From the NCBI GenBank assembly GCA_964534375.1, contig CAZHPN010000074.1, forward strand, positions 1 to 25,789: 25,789 bases of DNA. The letters are read 5' to 3'. Below, piece after piece: positions 1 to 7,178 of the stretch. The number at the start of each line of letters is the position of its first letter. Position 1 is the stretch's first letter. Under the pieces are notes generated by a model, which did not search any database, was not told the origin of the DNA, and worked only from the letters and a program-made list of their open reading frames with translations. The DNA is from an uncultured bacterium. GTDB taxonomy: Bacteria; Lernaellota; Lernaellaia; Lernaellales; Lernaellaceae. Both the position numbers and the translations under genes were made by a program.

Positions 1-366
1 TCCGCGCGCCAGGCAAAGCAGGCGGCAGAGCATAGCCGCGCGCGTTTCCGCGACGCGCAGCAGCGCGCCCGTGCCGCAGCCGTGATAGCGGATCAGGTTG
101 GCTCCGAGGACCTCGATGTCTTGCGGGGCGACGCGGTTTCCGCACGACCCGCCGAAGCCGGTGGTCACGCCGTACACGGGTTCGCCGCGTTCGATGGCGG
201 CCCGGAGCGCGCGCACCGACTGCGCCAACCGCGCCGCAAACTCGGGCGTTTCGCTCAAGCGCACGCGCGCCTCAGACGACGCGACGGCGGCCAACTCGTC
301 GATGCCGAAAGCGGTTTCGCCGACCGTATGAACCGGCGCCTCGGCCGGAAACGCACCGTTTTTCAT
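1..366 (-). CDS. Aromatic amino acid ammonia-lyase (HAL/PAL/TAL family), 5' part only; runs off the window
   Basis: Not in the ORF track; translated by hand from ATG at 366: MKNGAFPAEAPVHTVGETAFGIDELAAV...RGEPVYGVTTGFGGSCGNRV...ANLIRYHGCGTG...ETRAAMLCRLLCLARG. It has the family YGxTTGFG inner-loop motif and the 'R-A-A-M-L-x-R-L...ARG' helix. Open to position 1. Confidence 0.9.
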   Translation of the reverse strand, partial: MKNGAFPAEAPVHTVGETAFGIDELAAVASSEARVRLSETPEFAARLAQSVRALRAAIERGEPVYGVTTGFGGSCGNRVAPQDIEVLGANLIRYHGCGTGALLRVAETRAAMLCRLLCLARG

Positions 367-554
367 TGCCGCCCAGCCATTTTTTACCGGACCAGACCCG
401 CAGCCTGCCAAGAAATTTGGAGCACATACGTACCACGATTGACCCGCCAAAACCAGTGTTTTGCGGCCCGCCCGGCGCCCCGGCGAACGTTGACAAGCAT
501 GGGTTCGGGACTTAACGGTCAAAGTAACAACGGAGTTTGGCGTCGGAGGAATTT

Positions 555-908
555 ATGAAGAGCAAGAGCCGGGTTGGCGCGTTGCTGTTCGCTTTCTTTT
601 TGCTGGCCGTCGCGCTGCAGATCGGGCGCGCGCAGGAAAAGTGCAGTTTGACCTACGAGAATTTCGGCAAATCCTTCATGCAAAAATACTGCGTCCTGTG
701 CCACGACTCGCACAAGTCCTGCTTCATGCGCTTCGGGGCGCCGGCCGGTTTCGATTTCGACCAACCCACCGGCATTCAGACGCGCAAGAACGCCATCGTG
801 CGCTTTGCCGTGACGAACACCTTCATGCCGCCGCCCTGGATGACCAAGCCGACCCCGGCGGAACGCGCGCAATTGTGGCAATGGCTGAGTTGCGAGTACG
901 GTTCGTAG
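555..908 (+). CDS. Small secreted monoheme c-type cytochrome
   Basis: GGAGGA RBS just before ATG 555. Signal peptide (basic N-terminus, hydrophobic core), one CxxCH (CVLCH), candidate distal Met in 'FMPP', and a C-terminal 'T.AER..L.QW' helix typical of class I-like cytochromes. Confidence 0.8.
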   Translation: MKSKSRVGALLFAFFLLAVALQIGRAQEKCSLTYENFGKSFMQKYCVLCHDSHKSCFMRFGAPAGFDFDQPTGIQTRKNAIVRFAVTNTFMPPPWMTKPTPAERAQLWQWLSCEYGS

Positions 909-1066
909 AATCGGAAATGGCGGCGACCTTTCCTCCTGGGCGCGACGGCTTCGCACGGGGCCACGGCCGCGTTACACACGGAAACGACCGGCAACGACGA
1001 CGACACTAACAACGACGCCGGGGCCCGCGGCGCGGCCGGAAATTGACGCGCGGCGCAAAACCGAAT

Positions 1067-1096
1067 TTGACAATTTCCAAAAGAGGCGCGTAATGT
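1067..1096 (+). promoter_or_regulatory. Putative sigma70 promoter for the 1208 lipoprotein
   Basis: TTGACA (1067-1072), 18-nt spacer, TAATGT (1091-1096), in an AT-richer intergenic region about 110 nt upstream of the start. Confidence 0.45.
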
Positions 1097-1207
1097 GGAA
1101 CTAGTTGTAGCGCTGTTTGGGAATATGCGTGCGCGTTCGGTACAGATTGGCCGCTTGTCCGCGGCCGGGTAGTCGCCTGGTTGATGGTTCTCTCTAAGGA
1201 ATACTCC

Positions 1208-3298
1208 ATGAAAACAAAGACTATTTCGCTCGTAATCTCCCTGCTGTTGCTCGGCGCGTTGGCGTCCTGCACCGCCGGCGCCAGCCATCCAGCGAGCGAC
1301 AACGGCGGCGAGGGCGACGACTCCGCGAACGTCGCCGACTGCGCGTCGGTGGCCGCCGGCGTGGTCAACTGCCAGTTCCAATTGAAGGATATGAACGGCA
1401 CGGTCATGGGCGAAACCGAACTCATTGACTGGTGCAACGTCTGCGACCAATACGTCAAGGCCGCCGCGCTGTCGCCGTTCTGGCAATGCTGGAACAATTG
1501 CGACGCGTCCTGCAACGGCGGCGCGACCTGCTTCAACAATTGCCTCTTTCCGCCGGACCCGGGCGGGTCGGGTTGCGGCCACACTTTGTACCTGATTTAT
1601 TCCTGCGACATCGTGTTCGAATTCGCCGCCCCGAACATTCAATTCGAAATTCCCGAAATGGATTTTGCGACCGTCTGCGCAAGCGACACCAGCGATCCGT
1701 GGTCCTGTTATCTAAGCTGCGCGACGGCGAACCCGTGCTCGAATCCGCCGAGTTCGGCGCAAACCCAGACGCTCCTCGCCTGCATCCGAGGCTGTGCCGC
1801 CACCGACGATGACGACGACAACGACGACAACGACGATGACACCACGCCTCCTTTGCCGAGTTGGTCGCCGATCGCGAGCGGGACGACGGCGGATTTGCGC
1901 GGAGTGTGGGGCACGGCGGCCATGAATGTGTTCGCCGTGGGCGCGGAATTGAACGCCCAAGGGAATCCGATCGCCGGCATCATTCTGCGCTACGACGGCG
2001 GGCCGATCGACAGCACGGCGACGACAGACGAGTTGAACGGCATTTGGGGGCCCGCCGCCGCCAATGAACTGTTCACCGTCGGCGGCAACGGCGCCATTCT
2101 GCACTACGACGGTTCCTCGTGGTCCGGGATGCCCAGCGGCGTCGCGACGGATTTGCACGCGGTTTGGGGCAGCTCGTCGACGAACGTGTTCGCCGTCGCC
2201 GACGCCGATATTCTGCAATACAACGGCGCCTCGTGGTCGACGATGATCACCAACGCGCCGGAGCCGTTGTGGGGCGTCTGGGGCAGCGCCGCCACGGACG
2301 TGTTCGCCGTGGGCGACAACGGTTCGATTCTGCATTACGACGGCAGTTCGTGGACGCAGACGGCGAGCGGGACGTCGGTGTCCTTGAACGCCGCGGTCGG
2401 GTTCTCTTCCGCGGACGTGTACGTCGTGGGCTGGACCGCGCAATCGTCGCCGGTCGTGATTTTGCACTACGACGGCTCCGCGTGGTCGGCGATGACGAGC
2501 ACGGCGACGACAGGATTGAACGGCATCTGGGGGAATTCCGACTCCGATTTGTTCGCCGTGGGCTGGGACAACGTCGCCGGGGCGGGTTTGATTCTGCACT
2601 ACGACGGCGCGCTGTGGTCGTCGATGACGAGCGGGACGACGGCGGATCTGAAAGGCGTCTGGGGAAGCTCTCCGGCGAACGTATATGCGGTCGGCTCGCG
2701 GGGAACTTTCCTGCATTACTGGATCGACGACGATGACGACAATGACACCGGCGACGACGACGACGACAACGACACCGTGGACGACGACGACGATAACGAC
2801 GACAACGACGACGCGTGCGGGCCGGCGACTTGTCCGGCCGGCTGCTGCTCGCTCGGCGTTTGCATGCACGGCGGCGCCAACGTCGCCTGCGGCTCCGGCG
2901 GGGCGTTGTGCGCGGATTGCCTGACGCAGGGCGCAATTTGCCGGCATCATCAGTGCGAGATACCGGCCGCCGACGACGACAGTTACCCGGTCGACGACGA
3001 CACCTATCCGGCCGACGACGACACTTTCCCTGCCGACGACGATGACGACAATGACACCGCCGACGACGACGAAGACGACGACAGCGGCGAAGACGACGAC
3101 AATGATTCGACCGACGACGATGACAACGACTCGACCGACGACGACGACAACGACGACACCGGCGACGACGACGACAATGACAACGACGACAATGACGACA
3201 ATGACGACAACGACGATGACTACTATAAAGCGTTCAAAAGCGCGCTGACGCGCCTATGGGAGCATTGGGTCGCCCGTCCGCTTGGCTTTCGCAAGTGA
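1208..3298 (+). CDS. Surface lipoprotein: Cys-rich N-domain, 7-bladed beta-propeller-type repeats, poly-Asp tracts and a second Cys-rich module
   Basis: AAGGA RBS at 1196-1200 before ATG 1208. Lipobox LASC. Seven ~40-aa repeats of L-x-G-V-W-G-S-x3-V-F-A-V-G...I-L-H-Y-D-G-x2-W (about 1861-2722). Three D/N-rich tracts and a CGPATCPAGCC...QC module. Confidence 0.85.
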   Translation: MKTKTISLVISLLLLGALASCTAGASHPASDNGGEGDDSANVADCASVAAGVVNCQFQLKDMNGTVMGETELIDWCNVCDQYVKAAALSPFWQCWNNCDASCNGGATCFNNCLFPPDPGGSGCGHTLYLIYSCDIVFEFAAPNIQFEIPEMDFATVCASDTSDPWSCYLSCATANPCSNPPSSAQTQTLLACIRGCAATDDDDDNDDNDDDTTPPLPSWSPIASGTTADLRGVWGTAAMNVFAVGAELNAQGNPIAGIILRYDGGPIDSTATTDELNGIWGPAAANELFTVGGNGAILHYDGSSWSGMPSGVATDLHAVWGSSSTNVFAVADADILQYNGASWSTMITNAPEPLWGVWGSAATDVFAVGDNGSILHYDGSSWTQTASGTSVSLNAAVGFSSADVYVVGWTAQSSPVVILHYDGSAWSAMTSTATTGLNGIWGNSDSDLFAVGWDNVAGAGLILHYDGALWSSMTSGTTADLKGVWGSSPANVYAVGSRGTFLHYWIDDDDDNDTGDDDDDNDTVDDDDDNDDNDDACGPATCPAGCCSLGVCMHGGANVACGSGGALCADCLTQGAICRHHQCEIPAADDDSYPVDDDTYPADDDTFPADDDDDNDTADDDEDDDSGEDDDNDSTDDDDNDSTDDDDNDDTGDDDDNDNDDNDDNDDNDDDYYKAFKSALTRLWEHWVARPLGFRK
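2972..3220 (+). repeat. Coding low-complexity GAC/AAC repeat (poly-Asp tail), including a 21-nt unit DDD(S/T)(Y/F)P(V/A) x3
   Basis: Read directly from the sequence. Shorter Asp tracts lie at about 1805-1840 and 2725-2812. Confidence 0.9.
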
Positions 3299-3358
3299 GC
3301 AAACGCCGCGAGACGAACCGTTCGCTGACGGCGTCGTAGGCGAACGCGCCCGGGGCGA

Positions 3359-4648
3359 TTATTCCGGGTAAACGTATTGCAGGGCGAGCATCAGCGCGTG
3401 CATCTGATGCCCCGTGACATCGATGCGCAGGGGCGGTTTCTCGCGTTGATTCATCACGCCGCCGAGCGCCAACGGGTCGGTCGTCGGGCGCGCCGCCAGA
3501 AACGGATTTTTCGACGCCAGCGGCCCGCCGACCTGCCAGGCCGACAATTTGTACAAACCCTCGTCGATCACCTGCGCCAACTGCGCCGCCGCCTTTTTGT
3601 CGTTCTGCGCGCGGGCGACGTGATAGGCGCTGGCCAGGCCTTCGAAGGCATACGCCGTGTTCGCCGGCTTGTGCAGTATGTTGTGCGTGTGGACCTGCCA
3701 CCACGCCAACGCCAGCGTCGTGTCGGCGTAGACCGGCGCTTTTTCCCAACCGCCGTCGGCGTATTCGGTGAACGTCATGCTGCCCCATTGGTAGAAGCCT
3801 TTCGTGTCCGGCGAATCCAACTGCTTGCGCCACGATTCCACGGTGTACAGCGGCGCGGTTCTCGCCAGGGCTTTCTGCAAAATGGGCAGATATTCCGTTT
3901 TATGGAGATATTTGACGGCTTTGACGAAGGCCAGTTGCGTTTCGCCGTCGTAGTAGGAAATGCCGTTGGGCGCGCGCTCCGCGAGGCCCGGCTCGATGCG
4001 GTAGCTGATGTTCCCGGCTGGCAACTGCATGCCTTTGAGAAACTGCAAATAGCCGTCGAGGCGCCCGTCCAGCTCCTGCCGCCGTTCGGGCGCGAGCGCC
4101 TGGTCCGACGACAGATAGTCGATCAGCGTCAGCGCCAGCAGCGCGACCTCGCCGGTGTCGACGGAATTCTGCCCGGGGTAGACGGACATCGCGCCGCCGT
4201 ACGGGGCCGGCTTGTCGTGGGCGAAAAAGAAGGCGAGGCCTTTGTCGAGCGCCGCGCGCGTCTGGTCGTTGGGGGCGAACTGGTGGCAGAGGGCGATGTC
4301 CCACAACGCGCCGGCCTGCCGCACTTGGTTGTCGTCTTTGCTCTGCTGCCGGGCGACCCAATCGTATTCGTAATTGAAATTGCCTTCGGGCCGTTGATTT
4401 TTGACCAGGTTGTCGCAACCGAGCGCCAGCGATTGGAGCATGAGCGGGCGCGTCAACCGCGGCGTGAAGTCGGATGGCGCGCGCCATTTCGCCTGGCCGC
4501 GGATTTTGTGAATCTGCGCCGCAAAATTCGACGACCTGCCAGGCCAGGACATATGTTCGCCGAGCCACTCGCGATTCAGCCACGCCAACGCGCCGGCGAG
4601 GATGGCGATCGCCAGGATCAGCACCGCCAGGGTCGTGCGTCTCGCCAT
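3359..4648 (-). CDS. Exported or membrane-anchored hypothetical protein, probable (alpha/alpha) barrel (six-hairpin / prenyltransferase-like fold)
   Basis: GGAGG RBS before ATG 4648. N-terminal hydrophobic helix. Helical repeats with 'Q.PEGNF.YEYD', 'NQVRQAG', 'YYDGE..LA', 'TAYAFEGL', 'RIDVTGH', which I recognise from uncharacterised helical-toroid domains often fused to AMMECR1-like domains. Fold call is by pattern only. Confidence 0.65.
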   Translation of the reverse strand: MARRTTLAVLILAIAILAGALAWLNREWLGEHMSWPGRSSNFAAQIHKIRGQAKWRAPSDFTPRLTRPLMLQSLALGCDNLVKNQRPEGNFNYEYDWVARQQSKDDNQVRQAGALWDIALCHQFAPNDQTRAALDKGLAFFFAHDKPAPYGGAMSVYPGQNSVDTGEVALLALTLIDYLSSDQALAPERRQELDGRLDGYLQFLKGMQLPAGNISYRIEPGLAERAPNGISYYDGETQLAFVKAVKYLHKTEYLPILQKALARTAPLYTVESWRKQLDSPDTKGFYQWGSMTFTEYADGGWEKAPVYADTTLALAWWQVHTHNILHKPANTAYAFEGLASAYHVARAQNDKKAAAQLAQVIDEGLYKLSAWQVGGPLASKNPFLAARPTTDPLALGGVMNQREKPPLRIDVTGHQMHALMLALQYVYPE

Positions 4649-4904
4649 GGTCCTCCACACCGCCTTTCCCGCTCCCGTCGCGGACCGCGATGGCGAGCGT
4701 CCTGCAGGGCGCGACCGGCGACGGCGTCGAACAGCGCACCGCTTGCGCCTTCAACGCCTCATGGGCCGCCGCTTGCGGCAATACAATATACGCGACGCCG
4801 GCGAACACCAAGCCGGCCGCCGCGCGGACGGCGCCGTCGGCAAGACGCCGACCCAGGATTTCATTGTTCTCGAGGGGTCGTAAAGGAATAAATCTCGGCG
4901 AAAT

Positions 4905-6158
4905 TCAACGTACGTGCACGGTGACGTCGGCCGAAAGGCCGGCTTCCGGCACGACGCCGTCGGGCGTCTTCTCCCACACAATTTTTACGGGCACGCGTTG
5001 CACGACCTTGACGAAATTGCCCGAAGCGTTGTCCGGCGGCATCAGGGAGAACCGCGCGCCGGTGGCCGGCGAAATGCTCTCAATGCGGCCTTTAAAATGC
5101 CGCCCGGGAAAGGCGTCGACCGTGATATTGGCGCGCTGTCCGGGTTTTATCCGGCCGGTTTGCGTTTCCTTGAAGTTGGCCACGACGTAGGTCGTCAACG
5201 GCGCGAGTTCGACGACCATCATGTTGGCCTGCACCAGTTGCCCCTCGCGCACGGCGAGCTTCGACAGCGTGCCGTCGAATGGCGCGACGACGCGCGTGCG
5301 GCCCAGTTGCAACCGCGCGCCTTCAAGCAGGCCCTGTTGTTCCTTCAACTTGGCGCGGGCGAGTTCGGCGGCGGCGAGCGCCGCGGCGACCTGCGCGTTG
5401 ACCGGCGCGCTCTGCTCGACGCGGCCCTGCGCCTCGGCGACCCGGCTTTCCGCGCCGCGTTTCTGTTGCTCGGCGGCCGCGAGTTGCGCCTCGCTCTGCG
5501 CTTCGGACGCCCGGGCGCCGTCATAGTTCGTCTGCGCGCGGTCGTAATCGGCCTGCGCCGCCGAACCGTCCTTGAGCAGCGCGACCTCGCGTTTGTAGTC
5601 ATCCTCGGCGCGATGCAAATCGGCGCGGGCCTTGGCGACGGCGGCCTGCGCCGCGTTGACCTGCGCGGTAGCGGCGGCGACCGACATGTTCGACCCGGAC
5701 AGCATCGCCTTCGCGGCATTATACCCGCCCTTCGACGAGGCCTCGACGATCTCCTCCTGCGCCTCGGCGGCTTTGGCCTGAGCCTCGGCGGCCTCGACTG
5801 CGCCTTCGTATTGCTTGACGCGCGCGAGATAGTCGGCCGGGTCGATTTCGACGAGGACATCGCCCTGCTTCACTTGCTGGTTGTCGGCGACGGGGATGCG
5901 CAGGGTTGTGCCGCTGACGAGCGCGGAAATCGGCGCCACATCGGCTTCGACCTGTGCGTCGTCCGTGTTTTCCATGTTGCGCGTGAGGAATGCATAAAGC
6001 CCGATGGCGAGCACCAGCGCCGCGACCACCGCTCCCAGGATGGCGAACGGGCGCTTGCTGCTCGGCTTCCGGTTTGGCTCCGCTGCGGCCGGCTCGACGG
6101 CTCGCGGCAGAGCGCTGGTCGAGCGGTCCCCCGCGTCGATCTCGCGTCGTTGCGCCAT
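4905..6158 (-). CDS. HlyD/EmrA-family membrane fusion (periplasmic adaptor) protein
   Basis: One TM helix, 'ENTDDAQVEA...VSG...V.DNQQVKQGDVLVEIDP' lipoyl half, long coiled coil, and 'ANFKETQ' and 'FSLMPPDNASGNFVKVVQRVPVKI', the EmrA subfamily signature. Confidence 0.92.
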   Translation of the reverse strand: MAQRREIDAGDRSTSALPRAVEPAAAEPNRKPSSKRPFAILGAVVAALVLAIGLYAFLTRNMENTDDAQVEADVAPISALVSGTTLRIPVADNQQVKQGDVLVEIDPADYLARVKQYEGAVEAAEAQAKAAEAQEEIVEASSKGGYNAAKAMLSGSNMSVAAATAQVNAAQAAVAKARADLHRAEDDYKREVALLKDGSAAQADYDRAQTNYDGARASEAQSEAQLAAAEQQKRGAESRVAEAQGRVEQSAPVNAQVAAALAAAELARAKLKEQQGLLEGARLQLGRTRVVAPFDGTLSKLAVREGQLVQANMMVVELAPLTTYVVANFKETQTGRIKPGQRANITVDAFPGRHFKGRIESISPATGARFSLMPPDNASGNFVKVVQRVPVKIVWEKTPDGVVPEAGLSADVTVHVR

Positions 6159-6254
6159 GTCTAGTCCCCGTTTCCGCGCCGGAATGGGCGCCGCAGACGC
6201 GCCCGCAACCGGACGGAACGACGGGGCGTCGGCGAATCCAATTTCATCTCACAA

Positions 6255-6282
6255 ACGCTAATTGCGAACACGCGCTTGTCAA
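6255..6282 (-). promoter_or_regulatory. Possible sigma70 promoter for the EmrA-like gene
   Basis: Minus strand TTGACA (6282-6277), 16-nt spacer, TAGCGT (6260-6255), about 100 nt upstream of the start. Confidence 0.35.
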
Positions 6283-6312
6283 CGCCCGCGGCGGCCGGTG
6301 AAACGGCCGCAA

Positions 6313-6752
6313 TCAGATCCAGGTAACGGGAGCCTTGATCTCGAAGTCGCCGAACGGCGAAATCCGCTGCGCTTGAATCTGTTCGGCGTCGAATATCTGA
6401 CGAACGTACGCAGTGCAGCTATCGGTCACATCGATCCAGACGCCGCCCGCGGCGTCATCGTTGGCCGGCGAGGCGTCGTCGCTGTCGGTTTCCACTTTCC
6501 GCATTCGCCGTTCCGCATTTCCGATCAGCCGCCGTAATGCAGGATGGTTCCGTCTGCGCCGACTGCGAAAACATCTGCGGAAGAGTTTCCCCAAACGTCC
6601 GCCAAACCGGCCGACAAGGCGTCGTTTGCCATCTCCGACCACGCGATTCCGTCATAATGCGCGACGCTCGCGCCCACGGCAAACAAGTCGGAGGCGGAGC
6701 TTCCCCAAACGGCGGATAACGCGAAGCTCGTCGGTTCGGTCAACTGTTCGAA
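6313..6752 (-). pseudogene. Remnant of a beta-propeller / Asp-linker protein gene (same repeat family as 1208-3298)
   Basis: Two blades (LSAVWGSSASDLFAVG..HYDG..W; LADVWGNSSADVFAVGADGTILHYGG). TGA at 6527-6525 stands where the repeat has Trp and is followed in frame by SEM. A DSDDASPANDDAAGGVW linker-like piece continues in another frame. No credible start or signal peptide. Confidence 0.65.
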
Positions 6753-6972
6753 AGTCGGCGCATCGGACGCGGTCTTGATCCGGCAGCGATTGCGGCACTG
6801 GGTGGCCAGCACAGCTAAATAGCACACATCTTCAATGAAATCAGGAGAAATATTTCAAATACATGGGTACGTTGGGCGCGATGCTTGGGGGGGGAATCTC
6901 CTGCCTTATCAAAGAGATATCCCGGTTCACTGCCTTAAAACTTCCGGAACTTCGGTTTAAAATTAATCTGCG

Positions 6973-7113
6973 AAAGACGACGCCATAATCCTGCCGCTCA
7001 AAAATGTCGCCGACCAAGACGACCTTGCCGGCGCCTTCGTGCGCGGCGTAATACATCAGGTTAGGCGAGTCGAAAACCACGGCCTCCGCTTCGCCAGCCC
7101 GAAGTTGCCGGTA
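6973..7113 (-). pseudogene. Fragment of an amino-acid-binding PBP-type 2 domain (GluR0-like channel / ABC substrate-binding protein, C-terminal lobe)
   Basis: YRQLRAGEAEAVVFDSPNLMYYAAHEGAGKVVLVGDIFERQDYGVVF fits the 'L..G..DAVV.D.P.L.Y....G.....VG..F....YGI.F' pattern. The flanking parts of the 6841-7206 ORF do not look protein-like. Confidence 0.6.
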
Positions 7114-7178
7114 AGGGAGGCGAGCGGCGGCGAGCTCACGCGTGAGGACGGCGATAGCGGCCACCGCGGCGGCGCCGT

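Noticed and set aside
490..518. TTGACA-based promoters at 490 and 9109
   Set aside because: The -35 is perfect, but the -10 at the right spacing is poor (TAACGG, TACGCA). Not supported enough to list.
970..1020. Short intergenic GAC/AAC run reading TGNDDDTNNDA
   Set aside because: Possibly a relic Asp linker, but too short and without a start to call.
4649..4904. Small ORF between the emrA-like and barrel genes
   Set aside because: No convincing RBS/start or motif. It more likely holds a promoter (TATATT on the minus strand).
6265..6274. CGAACACGCG in the emrA promoter spacer, plus half-sites at 1612-1620 and 21852-21860, matching the palindrome unit
   Set aside because: Isolated 9-10-mers, two of them inside coding sequence. 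Plausible by chance in GC-rich DNA, so no regulon is claimed.
1861..6752. DGR template/variable repeat pair between the propeller gene and its remnant
   Set aside because: Similarity is only at protein-motif level, with no adenine-specific mismatch pattern, and no RT or avd gene is in the window.
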